64,000 nt of DNA from Toensbergia leucococca. Lineage: Eukaryota. Below the pieces are notes generated by a model, which was given only the letters and a program-made list of their open reading frames with translations, made no database searches and was not told the origin of the DNA. Position numbers and translations under genes: made by a program. The stretch is taken from NCBI GenBank assembly GCA_022813965.1, contig JALDZS010000118.1, positions 1 to 64,000 of the forward strand, written 5' to 3'. Positions within the stretch are counted from its first letter, which is position 1. Every line of letters begins with the position of its first letter. Below, in pieces: positions 1-13,835 of this stretch.

Positions 1-3000
1 TTAGAAATCAAGTTACTAATAGTGATACAAGTCATTCAGTTTTTATTACTTCTCTTTTGATTTTAAGTGATTATTTTTATTTCTTTCCTTACCTTTCACG
101 TCATGTCAGACTATTCTGGAAGACCCTTAGGGCAGTTCATTAATTTAAGACAGGGGAAACAAAATATAACACATTGTCTAAAGGATTTACACATGAAGCT
201 GTCATTATCTCATCCTTTAGAAGGCGCACCTTATCAGAAGCAATATGAGTTGTCACTGAAATGACCTCAGCATTCTCAATATCCTTTTATTCTTAATCCC
301 TCAACACAACAAGTCTCACCTTAATAAGAGCAATAAAAGATATGAGAATCTCTTTTTGAGAGCCTGCAATCTCCTTCATCCTCTCCTTTTAATGCATCAC
401 TGAAGCATTGAGTATCTTATTTATTTACAGTAAATAAGTATAGAAATAAGGAAGCAATAGCTGAACTCAAGCGTGTTTAAAAGAATGAGATGGATTCTGA
501 AAAACGCCTTGAGGAGTTCTATTATCAACTGAATGATCAGATGATTCAGCTAGAGACTAACAAAGAGAAGATCATTAGACACTTCATTAGAATGAATAGA
601 AATTTAAATGCTCTGCAGGATACTATTTATAATAACAAGCCTTTCATAGAAGTCACACTTATGACTATTCTAAATCATCTTAATAATCTCACTTCTTTAC
701 CTATTTAGAAAGAAACATTATGACCTGATGATCACACTGAATTTCCTTCATAAGATTCTAATGATTTTATCACTCAAATTTCTCTGCAATCTTATGTTTT
801 AATATTAGATTCAAACTGTTATACTGAATATTCTTTAGTGAAACAAGGTCATTTCATAGTGAATACAGGTTATAATTTACCTTTACCTTTACCTTCACCT
901 CCTGTCATTTTACCGTCCCTTCAAGGATTCAGAGCATCTGATATTGAGTATTTTCACTCAAGGCTGAAGGTATTTAAGGAATATTTAGCAGGTGACATTG
1001 TCAACATTAATAAGAATCTTTACTATCATGACGTACTCCTATTCATTCAGCAAGTGAAGCACATTACTAGTATCAAACAGATAGAGAATTTAAGTGTATG
1101 CCTCTGAGAATCAGTTATACAGTGATTCACTAGTCTAAGTTCTAACACTCAGAGTTTTATGAACAGAGAGCACGTTATCTTTACTAACAAACTTACTATC
1201 AAGTACAGACTTTCTCCTGCATTAGCTTTAAATAAGATGCATTAACAACACTATATCATGAAAGATGCATAAAATCTTTGCCTCACAGATGAGTATATTC
1301 AGGTCATGCTACAGTATAAAAGAGCTGCTGACATAATTAATAATAAAATTCTTGTTTAGACATGGCAAAACCTTCACTGAGAGCTACAGTGTGATGTTTT
1401 CTGCCCTACAGAGAATACAACTTCTGATGACCTAGTAGCCTGAATAGATTAAGTCACTTAGGTTTAAAACAACTATGCAACTTTCTCTAATGACTCTAAA
1501 GCAGCCTTTCAGTGAGGTGTTAAGGTTGATAAGCGTCATCAACAAGAGCAAGGAAATTGAGGTAAAGAAAATCAAGGAAATCAAACAACTTATTATTCTC
1601 TAAATAAGGCCTTACCTCTTGCATTTAAATCTACCTACAACTTCAGTCATTTCACAGCCTTATTACTGAAGCAAATTACTCAGGGCGCAACCTATCATGC
1701 TGATACACTAGAGTCTTATTAGACTTCTAGTTTTACTGAGGACCCTAAGGAACCTGATGAAGTAAAAAGCTATTTATACTGTCAGGTCTACTTTAATAAC
1801 TGTAACTACTATAATTATGACCTACCACCAGCTACCTGCGGACTCTGTGACTGTACCTTTGCTGATGTCCTAAAATTAGAAGCACACATGCTTGACTCAC
1901 ATGACGTTAATATTAAGTCACCTGCTAGCATGAGGTATAGATAAAACTTCAAGTATTATAAGCATGCTGTTCAGAATGTGATAAATATTAAAGCCCCCTC
2001 CTTTAGAACATGAATATGCCATAATACAAGCTTGTCTTTTTAAGAATTAGGAAAATAATACTCATTTTATTTGTGTTGATACTGATACTACAGCTACCTT
2101 TATTAACGTAGAGCTAGTATCAAAGAATGTGATCATACAGAAGACTCATCCTATTACAGTCAAGGGAGTCAGTGATCAGAAAGTTGTGAATCATTATGTT
2201 AATCTACCTTTATGTATCTTAGAATCTAATAAAACTATGGTAATCATGCATATTAAAGCCTACGTCACCATGAGCATTCAGGTCAGTGTCTTACTAGATA
2301 TAAATAAGCTTAATAAGGAGAAAGATAATATAGCCCTTTGGCTAGGTAGAAAGATTATGCAAATTGATGATAATAAGATCAGTGTGCTCATTTTATTTAC
2401 CTTATCAGGTCACATGTCAGTGTCCTTCTATGCATACACAGATCAGTTGATTATTTCAAATTATTCACCTATAAAATTGATAAAATCCTGTGAGTATACT
2501 GAATTCAATTCAGTTCAATTGAACACTTATTTACACACCAAATTGAAAAATTCTCGTGGAGAAAATATGATTTATTCACATACTAAATTGTATCAGCCCT
2601 CAACGCAAGACGCGCCCTTTAAATCAGCTAAATATGCAATTCATAAGTTATATAGTTGCCCTTAGAGATCTGAACCTGAATCACATGCAGAATCACCTGA
2701 ATTCCCTGCATATTACATACACCAAAATTTGACCTACTCTGAATCACATAAGCTTTTATTGTATCATAAAATACTTACTTGCCGGTAATGCAATGCCTCA
2801 TTTCATTTCAACAACGCCCTTTATCATTACCTTAAGGTGTATTACCACCGTCAATAAGAATAAAAATATGTTCACAAGGTAATACATGCAAAAGCTAGGC
2901 ATAAAGAATAAACTCATAACAGGTAGCAGGTAGATGTCATAATCATTCTATGAAGAATTTAAGACATATGAGGCCTGACCTATAATATATTATTGAGAGT

Positions 3001-3182
3001 GATAGCTTTTTCTCTTTTAGTGAGCATGTTGTCACAGTTTTATCTTAGGTTAGCGTCCTCAGGCTTGAATCAACTGATTGTTTTAGTCTCACACACTAGA
3101 TATTTATAATCCTAGCACCTAGAATGTCAGTAAGCATACAACATAGCAAGGATATCATTAACTATTATTTTAAACCCTCACA
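1..3182 (+). mobile_element. Non-autonomous LTR element family A, copy 1 (5' end outside the window): gag, C2H2, aspartic protease relic, 3' LTR
   Basis: Colinear with 10617-13835. Gag-like FRASDIEYFH...LYYHDVLLFI at about 930-1050, protease-like VDT(G>D)TTATF at about 2075, ends in LTR 3030-3182. Confidence 0.88.
3030..3182 (+). repeat. Family A LTR (about 153 bp, TGTCACA...CCCTCACA)
   Basis: TG...CA termini; similar to 10264-10415 and 13684-13835. Confidence 0.9.
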
Positions 3183-3295
3183 CTATCTGAGAGTACTTAT
3201 ATATAAACACTCATCCTCTAAATATCTTTCTTTTTTAATCTTAGTCTCCTTATTAATAGTACTCTTATGACTAGACTCTGAGCTTAATTCTAACA
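3183..3295 (+). repeat. 3' part of a family C-related LTR, apparently interrupted by element A copy 1
   Basis: TAATAGTACTCTTATGACTAGACTCT...TAACA matches the 3' end of the solo LTR at 9807-10022. Confidence 0.65.
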
Positions 3296-4164
3296 ATAAT
3301 ATATCTAAATTAGAGTTTTGATTTAAGCTCTATTCACTATCTTTAATAGTTGTTAATTATACTATATAAATTCTAGAAAGTGAAAAAAATTGTAAAAAAA
3401 ATATTAAGACAATTCTAAGAATTTTGCAGTTACTAAATTCTCTTGACATACTAAATCAATTAAGATTATCAATTGAAATCTATTTATTTTAAGATGTATA
3501 ATGACTTAGATATTATATTAAATAAGGGATTGAGTTAGAGATTCTAGACAATGTAAATACATATATAAAAGAAACAGCTAATAGCTGTATAGTAAATATA
3601 GTATTTAAACTAAGAGCTAAGAAGTTAGCTTCATTATAAAGTTATAGTCTCTATTTATTTAAAAGAATAGATGCATAGAAAAATAAGATTAAGATAAGCA
3701 TGCAGAAGTCATACAGATACTGCTAAGCTCTCTGTGTCTTACTCTTATATTTATATTATATTATTATAAAGTCACTATTTATTTTATGCATAACATTCTT
3801 ATAATATGATATAACTAAGCTGTTAATGCCTGAGTAGACATGATTCAATAATAATGTTTTATAAGTAATATGTCTGCATATTAATATTAAGATGCATGTG
3901 TATCAATATTAAGACACTAGTCTAAATCTGTCAGTATGTCATTAATATTATGACAAGATGTAAGTAAATTTATTGATGTTCTTAATCAAGTTTATGTGTT
4001 AAGAGAATAGACTTTTTTTAACTGTATAAGTAAAGATAATGTAATGAATTCTTATATATTATATAATCTATTATATAAGATACTAGTTATAGTCTGTTTA
4101 TTATCTGAAGTTTAATTGAAATTATATCTTGTACTTTAGTAGTATCTTTTAAACAAAATCATGT

Positions 4165-4336
4165 TGTTATAGTGTTTCTTTTATACTTAGGGTTAGAAGT
4201 AGTTAGATAAGGATAAGTGAGTTAAGAACTCTAAGTGACTTGATATAGTCATGATATATTTAGTAACTTTACATTTAGATAGCAGTTTATCTTCTAATTA
4301 TACTTAGAATTTAGAATCTTATAAGAGACCCTTACA
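4165..4336 (+). repeat. Family B 5' LTR
   Basis: TGTTAT...CTTACA; matches 16905-17076 and 17839-18002. Confidence 0.92.
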
Positions 4337-4659
4337 AATAGTAGCAACAGTTATTAGTTGCTATATAAGTTACTCACTATTAACTAAGTACACTATCATT
4401 CAACTTTTTACTGACTGAGTAGAAGTTTTAAGAGTAATTCTAATCATCAAAGAACTATATTCTCACTCACTAAATTTATTCAATTATTCATCTAAATTTA
4501 GTCTATGACTTCAGTGTTTAAATCTTTCATAGCAACACTGATTCTTTTATCTAAATATCTAGCTTAAGTCTAACCCTTAATTAAGTTCATCAAAGTCACT
4601 ATTAGCAACAAAGTATCTATGAAAGTTCTATTTATTCTAGACATTATTGAATGATACTA

Positions 4660-7050
4660 CGTCAGATCACCTACAACATAATCTCAATTTAAGAGACCTG
4701 AGTCTACTACTTATAGTAGATTCACAGGTTTTTTAGAACCCCCTTATTCTGTTGAGTGAGCTGACAGTCAACAAAAATTCTTAAGGGTCTGTATTAGGTT
4801 TGAAAGACTCACGGAATCTTATTACTGATTTAACAATTACCTTACTAAAGTCACAGAGTTTAATTTAAAGTTAGTCAACTTATCTACATCTGAATTATTT
4901 ACAGAACTACCTTCAGAGTCAAGCAATAATTTTAAGAACCTTGAGGAAGACATTAATAACCTAAACACCCCTGCCCTTCAATGAATAGTGAATCATAAAA
5001 AAGTTAAAGACACAGCATATATAAAAGTCATGACTGAACAGTAAGAGTAACTTTCTTTTGACATTACTGTCAAAGTATAAACAGAAAGACTTAATCTGTT
5101 TCAGTATTGAGGTAACCCCTGTAAGTCAATAAAGAAAATATCACAGATATAATCATCTAGTATTTCTTAGAAACAAGTAAATAAAATAAGAAACTGATTT
5201 ATAACAGTTATTACTGCTGCACATGCAAGGCAAGAAATATCTGTGAAAAATTTAGTAAAATAAGAACCTCAGAAGTGTAAACTCTAAGAGCTTAAGAAAT
5301 AAACCTTTGAAGAGGTAAGGTATTTTAAATCTGACTGTGCAGATACTGATAAAATGTTCACCTCTAAAAGACATACTTTCTACAAAGATGTCTATACTTA
5401 CATTGATTACCTTTAAGATCTTTAAAAGATGTAAGAAGAAGAGAAATTAAGAATAATAATATTACAGACCTTCTGAGAGTCAGCAATTAGGTGATACATC
5501 TCAGAACTTACTGAAGTGAAAAAGAAATTGATGTAAAAATGCGCTCTAAAAGACTATTATGATATATTAGTCAAAAGATTTAAAACATGCACATTATAGA
5601 CACTGCAATTACTGACCTCTAAGTGTTATTTTATGAAAAATATACAATTAGATAGAACCTTAAGGGCCTACATACAAGATATTCTTTATCATGTTAGAGC
5701 AGCAGAGTTTGAATCAACTTATTATCAGCTAATATATGCATAAAACAAACTAACTCTAAAATATTAATAAGATATATTAGAACTAATCACTGTCACTAAC
5801 ATAACTGAATTTATAACACAGCTAGATGTAAAGAAAAATATATAAGCAGAAATGACTGAGTTAAAAAGTCATAATTATATTAGCAGTACTAAGGTGCATG
5901 AAAAAGATTATAGCATTAAAAAGGTTAGAATAACATTAGTCTATTCAGTTAATTTATCAGTTTCACTATACTATACACTGACATCATTACAGGCATATTA
6001 GTTATATGATCATGACTATTATCAAGAAAACAATTAAGGTTATAGTAATAACTCAAATTATTAAAATTCTAACAAAGAACAACTTCTGAAGTCTATTAGC
6101 TTGAATCACCATCCTCTACAAATAAAGAATAGTAGTAAGAACTCAAAGTTTTAAGAAAAACTTAACAAAACTGCCTTCTTTAAAAAGGATAACAAGTATC
6201 TCTTTAAAAGGCAGTCAGTGTATTAAGTAGATACTGACATTAATAATCTTAAAGAAATCACTGATAAGAGTAGTAATAATGACATACAATCTAAGAAAGA
6301 TTCAGGTAATTACTGAGCAAATTACACACAATAACAATAAAATAATGCAGTCATTTACTATCAGTCATATCAATATAATGATAATAGTGATAAATCTATT
6401 ATAAATGATGTGAATTTTATCTTAATGCTAAAAGTGATATGCAAGACATGTGAGTAGAAATTTTCATTAAAAAACCTCATGCATAAGCATATCAGAGCAG
6501 AGCACTCAAAGGCTAAAGTAATTAAGTCAGAGAAAGTTAAGTCAGATAAACTCATGCTGCAAAAGCAATCAGTATTAATGTTAGTTGCAGCTTCATTGAA
6601 TGACTTAATCAAGGAAATTTTAATAGTGAAATCTATCACTGTTAATAATGTAAAGATAATGAAAGGTCTTTAAATCTTTTACTTTATCATAACACTAGTC
6701 AGTCTATTTAAAACATTCACATCAGAGTCAGTATATTTAGATACAGAGGCATCTATAATGCTAATTGACTGAGAATTTCTCTGTCAGCAAAATTTTACTA
6801 TTTTAATTAATTAAATGAATAAATCAGTAAAATTTTATGAAATAAAGTCTGATCAACATTAGACTAAAGAATATGTTAATCTAAAAATGCGTTTTCTAAA
6901 TAAATGAGAGAATAAATTATAAATTGCACTAATCTCTCACAAAGCATACATTGTTGATAATCTATGAGTCAAAATGCTAATCATTATGAATATATTAAGT
7001 CAGAAAAAAATTAATTTAATGTTATTCAGTAAAACAGCTTATTTTGAGGC
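4660..7050 (+). pseudogene. gag: Family B gag (with C2H2 finger) and aspartic protease relic
   Basis: Degenerate FEEV(G)YF...HTFYKDVYTYID at about 5310-5410; CKTCE.KF...LMHKHIRAEH at about 6440-6505; YLDT(G>E)A at about 6735. Boundaries approximate. Confidence 0.75.
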
Positions 7051-7779
7051 ATATAATATTAACATCTCAATTGAAATAACTTTTAGAAACTCATACACTA
7101 AATAAGGCATTCATACAAAAGCTAAAGTATACATATCTCTTAGTAAATGCGTCAGTATAAATGTTAGTTACTTAAATCTATCAAAGAATCAAGACTTCAT
7201 CTTTAAACCTAAAGAATCTATGACTACTCTATATATGCATGTAGTTAATATAATTATTACCTCAATAGTAGCCTTTAATAAGTTACAAACTGATGTGATA
7301 ATTTTAAGGAATGCTTAGCTAGAGTTTGTCACTAAAATAAATTATGTGAATTGCTACACAATGAATATTATATATCATAAAGACAGGTGAGATTTAGCTG
7401 TAAGAAAATTACAGAAACATTATAAGATTCACTGAGGTAAATATCTGTTTATTACTATCACTGCTGCAGTGTATGTGATAAATTTAATAGCAAATCCTTT
7501 TAAAACTACTAAACTGAATTTACTTAATATTTTACTGACTATGAACTCAACACCTGAACTTGCAATTTTGAACGTCAACAAATTAAATAATACTTAATCT
7601 GAAGAATTCATAGCTATTTCATTAGAGATAAAACATAGCATGTCAAATAAAGTCAGAATATACAATAATTCAGTCATTAGAAAATGCCTGATGAAAGTAA
7701 TAAATCAGCACATCACCTTATAAGAAGAAGGTAAATTCATCAAGGTTTCTTCAGAAAGATAAATGATTATCTCACTAAA

Positions 7780-9230
7780 GGATGATTGAGAAAAATCTAT
7801 TAAAGAAAAAGTTAAAGTTTATCCTTTAGACATCAAAGACAAGAAAGTAGTAGATTAGATATTCAATCAACTATATAAACAAAAAAGGCTACAATAAATC
7901 ATTTGAAGTATGTCTTTTAGCTTTTTAGTGTTTGTAGTTTAAAAAACTAATTCAGATAAAACATAAAAAGAAATAGCTGTTGAGAATATTTAAGAACTTA
8001 ATTAAGTTACTCAGCCTGACACATACTCACTTTTACTACAGTTAGATGTCATAGCCCTAACTAAAGACTATAAATACATTATGAGTATAAATAATACCTT
8101 TTTCTTTTATCAGTGACTAATAAAATCAGAGAATTATCACAAGCTGACAGTGATTACTTACTGAGGTCAAGAGACTTTTTAAGTACTAATAATAAGTTAT
8201 AAAGAATTATCAGTCTATATACAAAGACAAATAGATTGAATTCTACAGAAATTCAATCAATTTGTTAAAGCCTACATAAATGATATTATTATATTCTTTA
8301 AGACCCTTGATAAACACTTAGATTATCTAAAAAAAGTCTTTATCAAGCTAACTCAGATGAGCATTTTCTTAAAAGAAATTAAGTTATTTATTGAATATCT
8401 TACAGTAATACTACTTAGACAATGAGTTAACTCTTTCAGATTATTCACAGCAAAAGAAAAGCTAGAAGTAATAACTTAGCTAAAGTTCTTAAATACATTA
8501 AAGAAACTAAAGACCTACCTAAGAATAACAGATTACTTAAGAAACTATATTTTATGATATGCGGTAATAGCATAGCCTCTTTAGAATAGAAAGACCTTAT
8601 TACTGAAATTAAGCCCGCTGACTGATAATGCTAGAAAGGTTTATTTCAAAGGGACTTTTATTGAAAATTCATTCTCTGAAGAAATCTGATCATTCAAAAT
8701 GATTCAGAAAATGCTATCTTTACCTCTCAACTTGCATTATTTCAATCCCACAAGAGATCTGTAAATTAACTCTGATGCTTTTAAGAAAGGTATAAGAGTC
8801 ATGATCTTTTATATAAAAGAAGATTTAAAACTAACTACATCTTTTATAAGAAAATCATAAGATGTATTCAATAATAAGAAAATAAGAAAATACTCATCTT
8901 TCAGTCAAATAGAATCTATCTTTTTTTTTAAGTCACCTTCTCAGCCCTACTAAAACTTATTACTAATCTACTAAGATGAAAATAATCTGTCTAGTATGAG
9001 TAATAAAGAAAATTTATTATATGATGAAATTAGTCAAAAGAACTATTATCTTAACTGATTATGCATCTATTATTAACATTGCTACTCAGATGAGTCTTAA
9101 TATCACATTGACAGTCAAGTTAAACCCTCAACTTATTCATGTATTAAAATACCTTCAAAGGTTTAACCTAAACATACAGCATATTCTTAGCAAGAAAAAT
9201 ATGATCTTAAATGCCCTATTATGCTTAGAC
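7780..9230 (+). pseudogene. pol: Family B reverse transcriptase and RNase H relic
   Basis: KVYPL at about 7815; AYI(D>N)DIIIF at 8270-8296; SDA(S)KKG at about 8770; ILTD(H)AS at about 9050; N.I(P)(D)AL(S) at about 9200. Boundaries approximate. Confidence 0.88.
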
Positions 9231-9806
9231 TTGAAAATTTATAATAAACTCAATAAAGGAGATTTAGAACTGAATGTGCTATATGTTTATTTCTTTACAT
9301 CTGTTAGAATGTATAAGGATTTCAAGACAATATAAAAAGGATACTAAATTAAAAAATATCATGAAAGTTCTAAAGAAAAATTGCAGTGTAAGCGCCGCAA
9401 AAATTTCTTTTAAGAGAGCAGACAATAGCCTAATTTTTCATATTAATAAACTAACTGATAAAAGATGACTAATTGTATTATGTATGAACTTGTAAGAAGA
9501 AAATATTTGCAATCACTCATGACAATTAAGATTATTTAGACTATGACAAGTTGTATAAAAAAATCACTCATTTCTGATATATCTATAAATTACACGAGTC
9601 TTTAAAAGACTATCTTTAATATTGCTCTACCTGTTAGATCTATCAAACTTGCAGACATATGCCTTATAAATCACTGCAATTAATCATAGCATTATCATAG
9701 TTATCTCATACTATTACTATTGATTTTATCCTTGCCCTTTCAAAGCTAAAATAAAAGTTTAATAATCTCATAATAGCTATCTGCAAGTTTAGCAAAGAAG
9801 TACTAT

Positions 9807-10022
9807 TGTTACAGTTCACTCTAGTATCTTAGCTTACGCACAGACTAAGGTCAATACAAGAGCTAGAAGTTGACATGTAAGGTTATCAAATGTCACGGCT
9901 GTTACTCAGTGACACTCTATTAAATACTTATAGTGCATTCCTCTCCTGTACTTTTAGATCTTTACCTTTAGTGTTCTATTTAATAGTACTCCTATGACTA
10001 GACTCTAGGCCTGACCGTTACA
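9807..10022 (+). mobile_element. Solo LTR (family C, 216 bp) inserted in the family B integrase
   Basis: TGTTACA...CCGTTACA, flanked by ACTAT/ACTGT (5-bp TSD with one G>A change). Removing it restores FSKEVLLI. Confidence 0.88.
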
Positions 10023-10263
10023 ACTGTTAATCTCTGAAGAATTTAAGTATTCTGCTAAAGACTAAGCAATAAGCTACCTCACTGCCTTTATAAAAGCAAA
10101 ATAAGGTCTATTATTAATGATTATATTTGATTAAGACTGAAAATTCCTTAGTTTATTCTGAACAGCACTGTTTAAACAGTTAGAGGTAAAGCTCTTATAT
10201 AGCACTGCCTACTACTTACAGACTGACTATCAATCAAAGAGAACTAATTAAACAGTGAAAATA

Positions 10264-13200
10264 TGTCACAGTTCTATCTTAAATTAGTGTCCTTAGACCT
10301 GAATTATTAATTGTTTTAGCCTCATACACTAGATATTTATAATCCTAGCACCTAGAACTCAAGAAAGGAGACAGCATAGCAAAAAGATGATCAACTATTA
10401 TTTTGAACCCTCACAATTGATAGCAACAGCATAGGCATGATTAGATAACTTTTGTTATTACTTATTAGCATAGCACCTCACTATTAGTGAAGAGGCTGAA
10501 GCTTATACTAACATCAAGAAACTCTAAGAATTAACTCATGATTTAGATTTTTTTTCAGTTACATCAATCAAGTCATTAAATCAGTAAATTTAATAAGTAT
10601 TCATCAGTCATTCTCTTTAGAAATTAAGTTATTAGTAGTGACATAAGTTTTTCTCACTTCTCTTTTAATCACTATTTAAGCAATTATTTTTATTTCTTTT
10701 CTTATTATAAATCTATTTAGATCACATAGATTAAACATAAATATAAAAAGATGAGAAAGAGACTAAGACCTGATAACTCAGCTTGAGAAGTTAAGTATGA
10801 ATCAACACTCATTGTTATTATCATATATGCTTTTCTTCTCTTATTTACAGCATTTTAGTGCTTAATATTATAAATTGTCACCTTAGCATTCTCAATATCC
10901 TTTTATTCTCAATTCCTTAACACAACAAGTCTCACCTTGATAAGAACAATGAAAGATATAAGAATCTCTTCTTGAGGGCCTGCAACCTCCCTCATTTTCT
11001 TCTTTTAATGCATCACTAAAGCATTGAGTATCTCATCTATTCATGATAAATAAGTATAAAAATAAGGAAGCAATAGCTAAACTCAAGCGTGTTTAGAAGA
11101 ATAAAATGAATTCTGAAAAACGCCTTAAGGAGTTCTATCATCAGCTAAATGATTGAATGATTTAGTTAGAGGCTTACAAAGAGAAAATTATTAAACACTT
11201 CATTGAAATAAATAGAAAATTGAATGCTCTGCAGGATACTATTTATGATAACAAGTCTTTTATAAAAGTCAAACTCACAATCATTCTGAATTGTCTTAAT
11301 AACCTCACTTTTTTATCTATTTAGAAAGAAACAATGTGATCTAGTAATTGCACTGAATTTTCTCTGTAAGATTCTAATGATTTTATCAGCTAAATTTCTC
11401 TATGATCTCATATTCTGATATTAGGTTTGAACTATCATACTAAATATCCTTCAGTGAAACAAGGTTATTTTATAGTAAATACAGGTTATAATTTACCTTT
11501 ACCTTTATCTTCTGTCATTTCACTATCCCTTCAAGCATTTAGAGCATTTAATGTTGAGTATTTTCACTCAGAGCTAAAGATATTCAAGAAATATCTAGCA
11601 GGTAACATCATTAATGTTGATAAGAATCTTTACTATCCTAATGTACTTTTCTTTGTTTAGCAAGTAAAACACATCACTAGTATTAAACAGATAGAGAATT
11701 TAAGTCTATGCCTTTGAGAATCAGTTATGCAGTGATTCACTAATCTTAACTCTAACACTTAGAGTTTTATGAACAGAGAGCATATCATCTTTACTAACAA
11801 ACTTACTATCAAGTATAGACTTTCTTCTGCACTAGCTCTGAATAACATGCATTAACAACATTATATCATAAAAGATGCAAGAAATCTTCACCTTACAGAT
11901 GAGTATATTCAGGTCATGCTACAGTATAAAAGAGCTACTGACATGATCAGTAATGAAATTCTTGTTTAGACATGACAAAACCTTTACTAAGAGCTTCAGT
12001 GTGATGTTTTCTGCCCTACAGAGAATACAACTTCTGATAACCTAGTAGTCTAAATAGATCAAGTTACTCAGGTTTGAAACAACTGTGCAACTTTCTTTAA
12101 TGACTCTTAAGCAGCCTTTTAGTGAGGTATCAAGATTGATGAGTGTTATTAGCAAGAGCAAGGAAATTAAGGTAAATACAATAAAGAATATTAAGGAAAT
12201 TGAGGCAGAGAAAATCAAGGAAATCAAGGCAGAGGAAATCAAGAAAATCAAATGACTTATTATCCTCTGAATAAGGCCTTACCTCCTGCATTCAAATCTT
12301 TCTACAACTTTAGTCATTCTGTAATCTCATTACTAAAGTAAATTACTCAGAGCGCAGCCTATTATGTTGATGTAATAAATTCTTATCTAACTTTTAGTTT
12401 TACTGAGAACTCTGAGAAACCTGATAAAGTAAACTACTATTCATACTATCAGGTCTACTTTAATGACTATAACTACTATAATTATAATTTACTATTAGTC
12501 ACCTGTGAGCTCTGTAACTGTACCTTTGCTGATGTCTTAGAATTAGAAGCACATATGCTTGACTCACATGACGTTGATATCAAGTCATCTGCTAGCATAA
12601 GGTATAAATAAAACTTCAAGTATTATAAGCATGCTGTTTAGAATGTGATAACTATCAAAGCCCCCCTTTTAGAATGTGAATATGTCATAATATAAACTCA
12701 TATCTTCAAGGATCAGAAAGATAATACTCATTTTATTTGTGTTAATACTGATGCTACAGCTACCTTTATTGACGCAGAGTTAGTATTAAAGAATGTGATT
12801 ATATAGAAGACTCATTCTATTACTGTCAAGGGAGTCAGTGATTAGAAGGTTGTAAATTATTATATTGATCTACCTCTATACATCTCAGGATCTGATAAAA
12901 CTACAGTAATCATGCATATCAAAGCCTATGTTATTACAGACATTCAGGTCAGTGTCTTACTAAATATGAATGAGCTTGACAAGAAGAAAGATAATATAGC
13001 CCTTTGACTAAATAAAAAGATCATGCAAATTGATGATAATAAGATCAGTGTGCTCATTTTATTTACCTTATCAGGTCACATGTCAGTGTTCTTTTATACA
13101 TACACTGAATTCAGTTCAGTTCAATTGAATACTTATTTACTTACTAAATTAAAAAAATCTTATAAAGAAAATGTGAATTATTTACATACTAAATTGTATT

Positions 13201-13835
13201 AGTCCTCAATGCATAATACATTCTTTAAGTCAGCTAAAGTTATAATTTATAAGTTACTTACATGCCTGCAGAGATTTATCTGCAAATTGCATGCAGAATC
13301 ACCTGCATTCTCTGTATGTCACAAGCATCAAAATTTGACCTACTCTGAATCACATAAGCTTTTATCTTATTATAAAGTACCCTTATCCTTAACATCACCT
13401 ATATATTATATCTGTCACAAATGTGATGTCTTTTTTCATTTTAATAACGCCTTGCATCATTATCTGAAGGTGTATTATTACTAACAATGCTCTAACTATG
13501 AATTATAAAGGTAAAAGAAAGATATGCTTACAAAGTGACACAGGCAATAGCTGAGCATAAAGAATAAGCTTATAAGAGATAGTAATTAGATAACATAATT
13601 ATTTCTATAAAAAAGGCATGAGGTCATGACTTATGACTTAATGTTATCAAAGGTGATGACTTTTTCTCTTTTAATGAGCATATTGTTATAGTTTTATCTT
13701 AGATTAGCATCTCTAAGGCTAAATCATTGATTGTTTTAATCTTACACACTAGATATTTATGATCCTAACACCTGAAACCTGAGAGAGAAGACAGCATAGC
13801 AAGGAGATAATCAACTATTATTTTAAACCCTCACA
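10264..13835 (+). mobile_element. Non-autonomous LTR element family A, complete copy 2 (3.57 kb; gag, protease, C2H2; no RT/RH/IN recognised)
   Basis: LTRs at 10264-10415 and 13684-13835, AAATA on both sides (10259-10263, 13836-13840). Interior colinear with 1-3030. Confidence 0.92.
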
